IMG/VR virus record: IMGVR_UViG_3300050510_000109
Span: 8,452 to 72,451 of that record
Direction: 5' to 3' (one strand)
Length of the DNA: 64,000 nucleotides
Origin: a virus
Taxonomy: Duplodnaviria; Caudoviricetes
Both the position numbers and the translations under genes were made by a program. Under the pieces are notes generated by a model that was not told the DNA's origin, made no database searches, and saw nothing but the letters and a program-made list of their open reading frames with translations. This document shows, piece after piece, positions 54,890-64,000 of the stretch. Numbering within the stretch: the stretch's first letter is position 1; each line of letters opens with the position of its first letter.

Positions 54890-55139
54890 TGTTATGTACG
54901 AGGGTATGTGTCTCGGTGGTCCGATGAATGGTGAGTTTGGTCAGTCTAGGTTTCCAAAGGGATTTCTCCTAGTTGACAAGTCCACCAACCGTTGTTGGCT
55001 GTACGACTGGTCTCCAGAGTCTGGAACCTTTGCCGTACGAGACGAAGAAGCAATGGAAGTTTCAAAGCAAGGACGAATTCGAGCAGCAAACGAATCGGAT
55101 TATGATGTGGTTGCAGCTCCTTGGGTAGGTGCATTGTGA
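54882..55139 (+). CDS. hypothetical protein
   Basis: ORF track. Confidence 0.55.
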   Translation: MGDVMYEGMCLGGPMNGEFGQSRFPKGFLLVDKSTNRCWLYDWSPESGTFAVRDEEAMEVSKQGRIRAANESDYDVVAAPWVGAL

Positions 55140-56026
55140 GTACAAAGGCACATGATGTTACCAAGTATATCGCAGATCAGTGGGAGAGCTACTTTGCCTC
55201 AGCAGTTTGTTCGGGCATTGTGGGAGATGCTGCTCACCAGCAAAAGAACAGTTACCACAACTCCCTAGAAGACAACCCAGATCAGCATGGATTTAGCAAC
55301 AGCCGTCCCGATGATGCAGCGCCTCCGGGAACGTGGCCAAGGAATTTGGCTGCGGCTATTGACATGTCCATGAGTGCAACTGATATGGCTCTGTGTTGTG
55401 GTCGGTTGTGGAATGTTTGGAATGACACTTCCGATCCACGTAGAGTTTACATTAATGCCTTCAACGGGTGGTTTAACGAACCGAACGTTCCAGCCAAACG
55501 GTATGACTTTGTTTCTCAGGCTATATCTGAGACTAGTAGTGACCACAAATGGCACTGTCACCTTTCTATTCGACGCAAATGGGTCGAGAGTATGGAGGCA
55601 GCTAGCGCAATTCTATCTTCACTTTTTGGCCAAAGCAAAGCTGATTTTATCTCCCAAGGATTTGGATCAGGAGGAGACGATATGTTCTGTTCTTTCGGTG
55701 ACAAGAACGACAAGGTAAAGGCTATGCAGCTTCAACTGCTTCAGCTCGATCCTAACTGCCTGCCGAAGTTTGGTGCAGACAGTGGTTTTGGTACAGAAAC
55801 TCAGGTTGCTCTATCGCGTCTGGTGACGGGTGGCGAGCCCACATACTACGGTCCAGATGCTTGGTCTCTTATGCAACAACTCGTGGCACAGAAGTTTGGC
55901 CCAAGCAATGGCGGTAGTGGCGGCGAAACTATCCAGTGGCCACTGAAAGGAACTTTCACTTTCCCTGGCACCACTATCACCATCCCACCATCTACCTTCG
56001 AAATTGACATCGTTGAGCAGGAGTAA
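55121..56026 (+). CDS. endolysin (catalytic N-terminus + peptidoglycan-binding domain)
   Basis: GIVGDAAH...SYH...AIDM...HKWHCHLS; VKAMQLQL...DSGFGTETQVA. Confidence 0.72.
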   Translation: MGRCIVSTKAHDVTKYIADQWESYFASAVCSGIVGDAAHQQKNSYHNSLEDNPDQHGFSNSRPDDAAPPGTWPRNLAAAIDMSMSATDMALCCGRLWNVWNDTSDPRRVYINAFNGWFNEPNVPAKRYDFVSQAISETSSDHKWHCHLSIRRKWVESMEAASAILSSLFGQSKADFISQGFGSGGDDMFCSFGDKNDKVKAMQLQLLQLDPNCLPKFGADSGFGTETQVALSRLVTGGEPTYYGPDAWSLMQQLVAQKFGPSNGGSGGETIQWPLKGTFTFPGTTITIPPSTFEIDIVEQE

Positions 56027-56029
56027 CAA

Positions 56030-56368
56030 ATGCCCGACCTAGGTTTAAACCCGTATGTCAACCTAGGCGGTTGGTTATTTGTTGTTCTGCTTGTGGTCGT
56101 CAGTATGGTACGTGGCTGGCTGTATTCATCCAATCAAATTAAACGAATTACCGATGGGTACGATAATCGGATAAAGGAGCTGATTAGTGTATACGAAAGG
56201 CTACTTACGGACAAAGACGCACAGATAAATAATTGGAAGGAGGCATACAATAATTCGGATACTAGAGGTGATGTCTTTGCGGAAAATCAGCGTAGTCTTG
56301 TAGAATCTGTCAAGACAAACAACGCGTTGATCCAGGCCATCATCTCGAACAGGGAGTCTATCTCATGA
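56030..56368 (+). CDS. holin-like/lysis membrane protein
   Basis: N-terminal TM + coiled coil after endolysin. Confidence 0.6.
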   Translation: MPDLGLNPYVNLGGWLFVVLLVVVSMVRGWLYSSNQIKRITDGYDNRIKELISVYERLLTDKDAQINNWKEAYNNSDTRGDVFAENQRSLVESVKTNNALIQAIISNRESIS

Positions 56369-56592
56369 GGTGGTTTGGATGGTGGCGCATGCGGAGGAAA
56401 ATACACCCTCCACACAAGATTGAGCTACCAGAGCATGAGAAGCCGGGCAATCACTCTGCCGAAATGGTCAAGCAGTCTAAGCAAAAGTTAAATGAGGCTC
56501 TGAAGACCAAGAAAGAGGTTAGTCAACTCATAAGGGCAAGTGATGATTTCGCTGAGGCGCTGCAACGGTCGATGCGGAGGTCTCATGGTTAA
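56365..56592 (+). CDS. hypothetical lysis-cassette protein
   Basis: ATGA overlap. Confidence 0.55.
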   Translation: MRWFGWWRMRRKIHPPHKIELPEHEKPGNHSAEMVKQSKQKLNEALKTKKEVSQLIRASDDFAEALQRSMRRSHG

Positions 56593-56896
56593 TTACATAT
56601 TGTTGGGGACACTAGTCATAGGACTTGTATCCTTTGTGCTCATGTATGCAACTAGGTCCAACTGGCGAGCCACCAAAGTTGGAAAGTACATGTTGTATTT
56701 CATGGCTACAGTTACACTAACCTTCGCATACCTGCTAATCAGTCCGCTGGTTGGCAGGTATCCGGGGAGAGATATAATAGACTTCCTTGTTCTAATTGTA
56801 TTGAACTTTACTGCCTGGCGGTTGACATTACTACTACGAAAGGTACAGCAAGGTGAGCGAAAAGCTAAAAAATCTTCTAAGGAAGGTATTTCGTAG
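56585..56896 (+). CDS. three-TM putative holin
   Basis: hydrophobic helices; start trimmed to MVNYIL. Confidence 0.6.
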   Translation: MVNYILLGTLVIGLVSFVLMYATRSNWRATKVGKYMLYFMATVTLTFAYLLISPLVGRYPGRDIIDFLVLIVLNFTAWRLTLLLRKVQQGERKAKKSSKEGIS

Positions 56897-57242
56897 GGAG
56901 CCTACGCTGTGGTTTGCTGTCATCGCGGGTGCGATAAATTTGCTTGTTACATTCAATCTGGACTTCCTCTCAGCGGAACAAGCATCGCTGTGGATAGCCC
57001 TAGTCAATGCTGTTTTTGGTGCTGCTGCGGCATGGAGAACCCGTCCCATAGCCCCTCAGGTATTCACTTACGTTGTCTCTTCGGTGTTGGGAATAGCAGG
57101 CGCTTACGGCGCTCACTTGAGCCAGTCCCAAGTTGGTCAATTAAACTTGCTAGTACTGGCTATCCTTGCTTTGCTAACACGTAATCAGGTATCTCCGGTG
57201 GAAGATGCCCATATGACGGGGGTCCTAGGACCTGAGCAGTAA
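56853..57242 (+). CDS. putative holin
   Basis: REPTLW...four TM segments...RNQVSPV. Confidence 0.68.
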   Translation: MSEKLKNLLRKVFRREPTLWFAVIAGAINLLVTFNLDFLSAEQASLWIALVNAVFGAAAAWRTRPIAPQVFTYVVSSVLGIAGAYGAHLSQSQVGQLNLLVLAILALLTRNQVSPVEDAHMTGVLGPEQ

Positions 57243-57276
57243 AATAAGGCGGGACATTTGTCCCGCCTTGTTTATT
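57243..57276. terminator. bidirectional terminator between convergent arms
   Basis: aaggcgggaca / tgtcccgcctt. Confidence 0.8.
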
Positions 57277-57562
57277 GTGGTGGCCAACCGGGTTGCCATT
57301 CTCTTAATTCTGTGCCTGAGATACTTGAAGTCGTGTAGACAATATTCTTCTCTTCAACAAAGACTTCTATTCCATCATTGAGGTTAATAGCGTAGTATAT
57401 GTGGTCTTTTACATCTAGTTCGGAAAAGCTGTGCTTAGATGAAGAATTTTTCGTTACCCTAAACTTGGCTTGCTCAATTGCGGAGTCAGCCCCACCATAT
57501 GCCTCTACTAGGAGAGCGCCATATCGAGTCCTAGTCACTACAATATATACTTTTGTTTGCAT
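57272..57562 (-). CDS. hypothetical protein
   Basis: ORF track. Confidence 0.6.
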   Translation of the reverse strand: MQTKVYIVVTRTRYGALLVEAYGGADSAIEQAKFRVTKNSSSKHSFSELDVKDHIYYAINLNDGIEVFVEEKNIVYTTSSISGTELREWQPGWPPQ

Positions 57563-58023
57563 TATTCCTTCAATAGATTAAGATCTAATACATTGTTACG
57601 CATCATGAACTGGTACAGATGACGTAGGGCATCCATGGCGTGTGGGCTTCCTGGCTTGTATACAGCTAGCCGCTTGAGCTTGTCATTAGTAAAGTAACCT
57701 TTACCAAGTCCAGGGGTTTGAAGGACAAGTGGAATACGCCTACGCTGGGCAAACCATCTACCCAATCCAATATACTCAATTGCCGTGAAGTCCGTTTTAT
57801 CCCTATGGGTCATGACGAACTTTTCGATAACTAAGATGTCTGGATAGAATTCATTTATGACTTGAAGAAAGTCATCGTGCATAATGAATTTCTTCTGGAA
57901 AACTTGATGGTCAGACATCATGGGACCGGCTGTAGCGAAGCCACACGTAACTCCAGGATCAATTGCTATGATCCTGGAGTTATTTGTTACTTCGAACTTG
58001 AATTTCATAGGTTTTACGTCCAC
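57562..58023 (-). CDS. RuvC-like Holliday junction resolvase
   Basis: IIAIDPGVTCG, VIEKF, HAMDALRH. Confidence 0.8.
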   Translation of the reverse strand: MDVKPMKFKFEVTNNSRIIAIDPGVTCGFATAGPMMSDHQVFQKKFIMHDDFLQVINEFYPDILVIEKFVMTHRDKTDFTAIEYIGLGRWFAQRRRIPLVLQTPGLGKGYFTNDKLKRLAVYKPGSPHAMDALRHLYQFMMRNNVLDLNLLKE

Positions 58024-58076
58024 GCTAAGCCCTCTTGATCTTACTATGCAGGGTAAGGTCTAGGCTGGTCTCAAGA

Positions 58077-58274
58077 TCATTGATCTTGGGGAGGCACTTC
58101 CACCCAATCCTCAACAACTATTATCTTTCTGCAGTAAACCTTTCCCCCGAACCGTTGTTGATTTCTAATCCAATTCTCTAATGGATAGATAGACTCTGTT
58201 TCTTCATCACGAAACGCAATTAGCATGGACTTGCCTGTGTATTCGTTTGCGTATTCAACTATCGGCTCGTTCAT
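58077..58274 (-). CDS. hypothetical protein
   Basis: ORF track. Confidence 0.55.
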   Translation of the reverse strand: MNEPIVEYANEYTGKSMLIAFRDEETESIYPLENWIRNQQRFGGKVYCRKIIVVEDWVEVPPQDQ

Positions 58275-58393
58275 TATTTCTTTGCTCCAGCTCCACCAAC
58301 CGATTACGAATGGCCACTAATCGTTCAATCCTAATATCTATCCTTTCAATTACCCGGTGGATAATTTTTCGTCTACGTAAATCAGGTTCCTTT

Positions 58394-58579
58394 TCAGACC
58401 CATCCATGAGGACAATCACTAATCCTCGCGTGTCTGCAAGATACTGGATGGGCTGATTGGCAGGTATTCTCTTCGTTTATGTACTGTAAGAGATCGTCGT
58501 GTAGCCATCCTACATTTGGATACCAAAATATAGGACGACGGCAACTACGACAACTCTTCTCTGCCTCGTTAGGAGCCAT
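58394..58579 (-). CDS. hypothetical protein, Cys/His
   Basis: ORF track; GGAGG RBS. Confidence 0.5.
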   Translation of the reverse strand: MAPNEAEKSCRSCRRPIFWYPNVGWLHDDLLQYINEENTCQSAHPVSCRHARISDCPHGWV

Positions 58580-58593
58580 GGCGACCCTCCAAC

Positions 58594-58947
58594 CTAGTTC
58601 TTTAGGCTGAACTTAATCCCTTGGTGATCACGATAGCGCTTCACGGCTTGGTCCCTAATAACCTTTACATCGGGATCGTGCGGGCGGAGCAACATCGCTA
58701 TGAACAAGCATGCAGTTTCTGCCCGCCCTTTGTCAAGTCCGTCTTCGTGCTCGCGCTTCTCGATAATTCGGGCAATGATTTCGTCTAGTTCTTTCCAGTA
58801 CTTTTCTACCAACACTACATTAATCCAAAAAAGATAGGCGGGCTTGCCGCAAGTTGAGTGAACCCAGTTTTGGTTACCTAGGTTCCTATATCCTTCGTTC
58901 TTTCCTCTGCTACAGGTGCAATACCAGAGATCTTGTTTAATCGCCAT
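58594..58947 (-). CDS. hypothetical protein
   Basis: start trimmed to MAIKQD. Confidence 0.55.
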   Translation of the reverse strand: MAIKQDLWYCTCSRGKNEGYRNLGNQNWVHSTCGKPAYLFWINVVLVEKYWKELDEIIARIIEKREHEDGLDKGRAETACLFIAMLLRPHDPDVKVIRDQAVKRYRDHQGIKFSLKN

Positions 58948-59164
58948 TGTTCTCTTTGCCCTTAGCTTCTTCCAAGCGGAGAGCAACCTCGTTTGCATCG
59001 AAGAGTAGTAGGCATGCGTTTCCCATGTCTGATACCGTTGGATCATTGACTGACGCAGCAAACAAGTATTTGTTCCCTACACTTAGCGTTACACAGAAAC
59101 CGTCAAATAAGATTCCTAGCTTGACTCCATTACACTCGATCTCTGTGCTATATGGTTCGGTCAT
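58937..59164 (-). CDS. hypothetical protein
   Basis: start trimmed to MTEPYS. Confidence 0.55.
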   Translation of the reverse strand: MTEPYSTEIECNGVKLGILFDGFCVTLSVGNKYLFAASVNDPTVSDMGNACLLLFDANEVALRLEEAKGKENNGD

Positions 59165-59468
59165 TCGTCCTTCTATCGATAGACTCAATCCAGTTGACGA
59201 TTACTGCTGCCGACTGAATAAGTTCGGCGCGAACTTTGGCTTCATCGGTTTCGCCGTATGCTTCCCAGATTTCTTCTTCCAGAATATCGCGCCAAGTAAG
59301 ATCACCGTTTTTAGCTTTCAGCTCACACTTGGCTCGCATGCCATCGGCGACCTCAGCCCACTTTTCGTTTGTGCCACTGGGATGATTCTGCTCACCCCAT
59401 TTTTCTTCCTGGCGTCGGCGTTCCTTGAAAATTTCCTTTAGTATAGCTGCTGACATCATGTCGTTCAT
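59148..59468 (-). CDS. MazG-like all-alpha NTP pyrophosphohydrolase (putative)
   Basis: ERRRQEEKWG...ILEEEIWEA...ELIQSAAV. Confidence 0.5.
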   Translation of the reverse strand: MNDMMSAAILKEIFKERRRQEEKWGEQNHPSGTNEKWAEVADGMRAKCELKAKNGDLTWRDILEEEIWEAYGETDEAKVRAELIQSAAVIVNWIESIDRRTNDRTI

Positions 59469-59848
59469 TTGTAGTTAACCCATCCACCCTCAAGTAGCTT
59501 TGGAATCGGATCGTCGTCGAATTGTGTGTACCAAGTGCTCTCTGTTATAATCTGTCTTCCTGAGACAAGTCTTGCCTTGAGTGAGTCTTGCCACATCTGA
59601 TTTGGGTTAACTATCATCTTGGCTAGTTCGATAGACCACTGACCTTCTGCACCCATGTAACGCCGTTTAACATGCCAAATGGGACCGTCCCATTCCTTGC
59701 CATCTTCTATGGTTTTCCATAGTACGACCTCGTCCGTTCCCGGCAGAGGAACGAATCCAGTTTCTACTGTCTTGGTATACAGATCTCCATTGGTAGTAAA
59801 GTTACCCTTTGATCCGTCTATTACTAGCAAAAACATTTCTAGTCTCAT
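59465..59848 (-). CDS. hypothetical protein
   Basis: ORF track. Confidence 0.6.
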   Translation of the reverse strand: MRLEMFLLVIDGSKGNFTTNGDLYTKTVETGFVPLPGTDEVVLWKTIEDGKEWDGPIWHVKRRYMGAEGQWSIELAKMIVNPNQMWQDSLKARLVSGRQIITESTWYTQFDDDPIPKLLEGGWVNYK

Positions 59849-60113
59849 CTATTCACTTTCTTTTGGTTCCATAAACTTTGTTTATACTTGCACGGACGAT
59901 TCTGTCTACTAAACATTTGCGATGGATTGGCCAATCAGGTGTCCAGAACCAGACCGGGTTTGGTACACGATAATAGCATTCAATGCACCTTGGCTTCATT
60001 GTTTCTTCCATCTAGGTTTTCCATGCACTGGACATCTTCTGTCGTGCTCCGCTATTGACTGACACAACACAGGCTCTTCGAACCAAAACTCCCACCATTG
60101 GTCAAGCTTACAA

Positions 60114-62474
60114 CTACAGCTCTCCCAATCGGAATCCCCACGAAGCATCCACCTTGAATGGGACGAATTCTGTGTAGAGTCTTCCACTGTAAACCATCTC
60201 CTGACGCATAAGCTCGACTACAGCTTCGCGGTCTTGTGGGCGGCATTCAGTCACAATGGCATCGTGAATTAGCAGCTTGATATCCGCGTCGAACTGCTCT
60301 TTGAGCTTTGGCTGAAGGCTTACCGCCGCGCGTAGGCAGATGTCGGAGGCAATGGACTGAGGTTTGAAGCTTAGTGCCTCATTAATGACATCTTCAAGAT
60401 TCTCGTTAGTAATGAGGTGGAAGGAACGCTTGCGTCCGAATGGAGTCCATAGCTCTTGTTTTTCCAAGACTTCATGGCGGATTGCTGCCTGCCAAGCTAC
60501 CACGTCAGGAATAAGTGCCTTGAATTCATTCATCAATTCGACGGCGTACTCAACCGGCTTGTCTAGTTCCCGCGCAATAGATTTGGCCTTACGACCATAG
60601 CTGTAACCGTAGAAGATGGACTTAATAGATACGCGGTTCTCTTTGTTCCAGGCTCCTGATCCCCAAATTCGATTACACATATCGTTGAAGATATCAATGT
60701 CGGGATCAGAGAAGACCTTCTGTAAGTACGCATCGCGAGCAAGGTCGGCTATGGTCCTTCCTTCGGCTTGGGAGTAGTCGCATTGGACCAGTATCTTGCC
60801 ATCAGGATTCTCTTCTGATGGTGGCTCAGCGGTAAACTGGTTTCGAATGGGCTTGTCTCGTTTGACGTTCTGCAAATTAGGTTTTCTCGAAGCAGTTCTT
60901 CCAGACGTTGTGGAGTGAAGTGAAAAAGTAGTATTAATCTTCCCATCTTTTACTTTCTTCCTCAAGCCTTTGACGTAGGTTCCGTACGCTTTGGCAAGGT
61001 TACGGTTGATTAGGATAAGGTCAATAAATTTCTGAATTTCCGGCGAACACAACGGATGAATTTTCTCAAGGAAGTCTCGATTGGTGGTTGGGATCGTCAT
61101 GCCTTTGCTGGCAAAGTACTTCATGATCTGGACCCACGAACGAGGGTTAAAATCATGACCAACGTGGGATTCGATATCTCTTTGGGAGTCGTCGATTTTC
61201 TTTTTGTAGATATCCTCTAGTTCTCCATTCCAGCTCAAATCGAAATGAAGCGGGGACATCTCCACGTGCATAAGCATGTTGACCGCGTCGATAAGGAACT
61301 TGTGTAGCTTATGTTGCTGCGGTCCCATGAGCATGTCGAGATATTCCATCTCGTCCCATGTTCCACCACAGTCATAGGCATTGTATTTGTACAGAAGATC
61401 CTTTGGGATGTTGGCAAAGCTGCCACCTTTGCCTTTTGTATACTGAGCAATTTCGTCATCGTATCGCGGTGCGTTCTGATCCTCGACCAATCGCTGCTTT
61501 AGTCCATGTTGTCGCGGACGCTCGTCCAATGTGTAAGACATAAGCATGCCGTCGGCATGCGCCTTGAGCAAACCAAACAACGGTGACATTCCTAGAAGGT
61601 CAAACTTGACGTTCCAACCGTCCACTTGTACAAGGCGAAGGAGTGTTCCAAAAGCGTCAACACAGGCCGGATCTTTGAAAACCTTATCCCCAAAAACCAC
61701 AACCTGTCCCTTCGCATATGCAATACCAATGCAAAGTAGATCGTAGTCCTCGGGATGTGAATCATCGATATCTTTATCCGAGGCAGCTTCAATGTCGAGG
61801 ACAATTCTTTTGACCGAATACAGTCTACGGATAGCCACCAGCGCAGTAACTGGATCGTTAAATACCTTGTAAGTAGGAGGCACCCACGGCTCTGCGACTT
61901 GTCCAATTAATTTTCCTGTGTCACGGACGAACGAAGGGAACGAATCTGGTGTTCTAAGGCAGAACGCAGGATGCCAGGTAGCAACCACGGGACCAAACCT
62001 AGATTGGCGGGCCAAGCCAATCCGCAATTTTGATATCGGAGCGCTATCTCCAAGAATTTCTTTGGCACTGGTGCCTCCTACCGCGAGGATCTGTGGTGCG
62101 TCGGCCCGGCGCAGATCCGCCTCCAGGCGTGGCCTACAGGCTGCTATAGCACCCTTGGGAGGCTTCTCCGTGGGTCCGTGCGGTCGGCACGCCACTGTGT
62201 TGATCAAGGCAAGGTCTTTGCGCTCGAACCCGTGATGTTGCATTACTCTGTCGAGTAGTTCGCCCGATGGGCCAGTAAATGGAATTCCAGTTTTTGCTTC
62301 GTAAGCACCAGGGGCTTCACCAACCACGGCTACTTTGATGTTGCCCTTGGGTATGAGGCTAGGTACATAAGCACCTTCCTCACGCCAAGGGCAATTCTCG
62401 CAGTGAGCAAGTGGATGCTTTCTAATCTTCTTGTTGTCCACTTGGGCGCTCCGGGGTAATAGATACGAACCCAT
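60114..62474 (-). CDS. family A DNA polymerase with N-terminal family-4 UDG-like domain and 3'-5' exonuclease
   Basis: UDG: CENC, VGEAPG, PFTGPSG, CRP, TWHPAFCLR; exo: LDIEA, WNVKFD, YNAYD; pol: QCDYSQAEGR, RVSIKSIFYG, IHDAIV. Confidence 0.93.
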   Translation of the reverse strand: MGSYLLPRSAQVDNKKIRKHPLAHCENCPWREEGAYVPSLIPKGNIKVAVVGEAPGAYEAKTGIPFTGPSGELLDRVMQHHGFERKDLALINTVACRPHGPTEKPPKGAIAACRPRLEADLRRADAPQILAVGGTSAKEILGDSAPISKLRIGLARQSRFGPVVATWHPAFCLRTPDSFPSFVRDTGKLIGQVAEPWVPPTYKVFNDPVTALVAIRRLYSVKRIVLDIEAASDKDIDDSHPEDYDLLCIGIAYAKGQVVVFGDKVFKDPACVDAFGTLLRLVQVDGWNVKFDLLGMSPLFGLLKAHADGMLMSYTLDERPRQHGLKQRLVEDQNAPRYDDEIAQYTKGKGGSFANIPKDLLYKYNAYDCGGTWDEMEYLDMLMGPQQHKLHKFLIDAVNMLMHVEMSPLHFDLSWNGELEDIYKKKIDDSQRDIESHVGHDFNPRSWVQIMKYFASKGMTIPTTNRDFLEKIHPLCSPEIQKFIDLILINRNLAKAYGTYVKGLRKKVKDGKINTTFSLHSTTSGRTASRKPNLQNVKRDKPIRNQFTAEPPSEENPDGKILVQCDYSQAEGRTIADLARDAYLQKVFSDPDIDIFNDMCNRIWGSGAWNKENRVSIKSIFYGYSYGRKAKSIARELDKPVEYAVELMNEFKALIPDVVAWQAAIRHEVLEKQELWTPFGRKRSFHLITNENLEDVINEALSFKPQSIASDICLRAAVSLQPKLKEQFDADIKLLIHDAIVTECRPQDREAVVELMRQEMVYSGRLYTEFVPFKVDASWGFRLGEL

Positions 62475-62664
62475 CCTTAGGTGCGTTTACCACGATGTAC
62501 AGATTCTCCATCAAGTTCATGACGTCTGCAATAGTCTTGTTAACTACTTCTAGTACAGTTGATGCTTCATTGACTTCTCTGGCATTCAGTTGATTAATTC
62601 TTGATGTTCTAAGTTCGAACAGATCGTTTTGCATCTCTTCAACCGGGTCCACTATCTCTCCCAT
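62422..62664 (-). CDS. hypothetical protein
   Basis: ORF track. Confidence 0.55.
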   Translation of the reverse strand: MGEIVDPVEEMQNDLFELRTSRINQLNAREVNEASTVLEVVNKTIADVMNLMENLYIVVNAPKDGFVSITPERPSGQQED

Positions 62665-62838
62665 ATGTTTAGGAACCTCCGCCCACGGTATCGTTTGCGG
62701 AATGTTTCACTACGATTGTACCTTGGTCGAACTGGAAATAGTATTGAATCCATTCGGTGTGCACCACCGACGCCATGAATTCGAAGGATGTTACGCTTGA
62801 TGCCTACGGCTAACAGTTTAATCAGGTGTCCGAGATAA

Positions 62839-63333
62839 CTAATAGTCGTACTTATCCTCGTCAGTAACATCATCTATTACGGCTCCTTCAATAATGTTAC
62901 CCTTGTCATCGACTTCAGACATAGTAGCGGCGTACACCTTCTCCCACGGCTTAGCTCCATTAATCTGGACATTAACCTGTGGTGGAAGGATCGCCCCGCG
63001 TAGTTGAGCTTTAAGCTTCAATGCGGACAGGACGAACTTTGCCGCCTTCTCGTTACCGTCGAGCGCAGGTGCCATGTATACAGTAGTCAGATCATCTATT
63101 TGAGTTTCAATCGAGTCGCGTACTTCTTCGACGTTGATCGGTTTTACATTCTTATATATCTTGTTCAGGATGTCTATTACTTCGAATCTGCTTTCATAGC
63201 CAAGTTGCTCGGCTATGTCATCGTAACCGACACCTTTGCGACGCAAAGCCAGAACTGATTTATATTCCAAGGGTAGAGACGCAGGCCAAAAAGGCGTGTG
63301 TTCATCACGCCTGCTTAATCCCTGACCGGCCAT
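62839..63333 (-). CDS. HTH protein, possible terminase small subunit
   Basis: LALRRKGVGYDDIAEQLGY...APALDGNEKAAKFVLSALKLKAQLRG...NVQIN. Confidence 0.55.
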   Translation of the reverse strand: MAGQGLSRRDEHTPFWPASLPLEYKSVLALRRKGVGYDDIAEQLGYESRFEVIDILNKIYKNVKPINVEEVRDSIETQIDDLTTVYMAPALDGNEKAAKFVLSALKLKAQLRGAILPPQVNVQINGAKPWEKVYAATMSEVDDKGNIIEGAVIDDVTDEDKYDY

Positions 63334-63341
63334 AAAATCAC

Positions 63342-63980
63342 CTACTCAACCAGGTATTCGGTATTATCGAATACGATGGTGTAGTCGCTTCTGAGTTTCG
63401 ACATACGCTCAACCACGTCGAGCGGGTCTCCCTCAATGAATTCGCTGTTTATGTCAACTCCATAGTCACTTGTAATATCTCTCAAGTCATCCATACTAGC
63501 GAACATTGTAGAGTAGACTACTGTATCTTTCTTAGGCTCATATAAGGCTTCTGGTCTCCAACCATTTATGAAATCTCTGCGTCGTATCTCTGATATCTTT
63601 ATGGTTTGTAGCTTAGCTATTGCGGCTGCGCGGGAGAGTGAATTCAATGTCCAAGTTCTTGCTTGAACGGTAGCGGAAGCTAGGATATACACTGAATCAG
63701 GGAACTTTAAACTCAGTGCGGAGATCTCCTTCTTCCTGAATAGCTTGCAGATTTTATTTAGTTCTCCGTGCGATACAACCGCATCGTACACCACTGGCGT
63801 GTCAAGTGTGGCATCAGCAAAAATTTGCGTTAACTCGTCTAGCTTCGCTTTAGAACATTTTTCGCATGACCAACGCTTACAAGTAGTCACCATGGCTGCA
63901 TGTCTGCCGGACTTCCATATGCAGTATAGCAGACCTGGACAGCCATATTGTCCAGTTATTCTTCCGGATAATTTAGGCAA
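63342..63980 (-). CDS. hypothetical protein with CxxWxCxxC motif
   Basis: TCKRWSCEKC. Confidence 0.6.
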   Translation of the reverse strand: MPKLSGRITGQYGCPGLLYCIWKSGRHAAMVTTCKRWSCEKCSKAKLDELTQIFADATLDTPVVYDAVVSHGELNKICKLFRKKEISALSLKFPDSVYILASATVQARTWTLNSLSRAAAIAKLQTIKISEIRRRDFINGWRPEALYEPKKDTVVYSTMFASMDDLRDITSDYGVDINSEFIEGDPLDVVERMSKLRSDYTIVFDNTEYLVE

Positions 63981-64000
63981 ATCTCCTGGATCAGGCCTGA

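Noticed and set aside
57243-57276. GGGACA/TGTCCC in the terminator as part of the TGTCCG array
   Set aside because: A single imperfect match explained by the hairpin.

Overview
Part of a large tailed (siphovirus-type) dsDNA phage genome, about 50% GC by eye. The host is probably an actinomycete (BldC-like regulator, actinophage-type endolysin and tail genes). Layout: (1) a leftward accessory arm, 1-32.7 kb, with a SNF2 helicase, BldC-like HTH, vWA protein, Ro60/TROVE protein, SPFH lipoprotein, an RHH-ParB-ParB-like operon, 13 tRNA or tRNA-like genes with a recognisable anticodon arm, and many small ORFs; (2) a rightward arm, 33.4-57.2 kb, with a glycosyltransferase and a complete virion/lysis module; (3) a leftward replication arm, 57.3-64 kb, with RuvC and a UDG-fused PolA. 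Main result: the Ro60 gene is accompanied by ten Y RNA-like genes at 11.2-14.4 kb, missed by the ORF track. All share a bulged-helix motif (GACUGA / CUUGUU) and a UUAUC motif (UUACC in one) but carry different cargo domains: circularly permuted tRNA modules, anticodon stem-loops, or unrelated folds. They are interleaved with tRNAs, top-half tRNA mimics, and a tRNA-Lys whose D-loop insert is antisense to the Y RNA motifs. Second result: a 4.5-kb tract (28.8-33.3 kb) is saturated with TGTCCGAWTT boxes resembling BldC sites, and the phage encodes a BldC-like protein. All RNA folds and motif counts were made by eye, and family assignments rest on recalled motifs rather than database searches.
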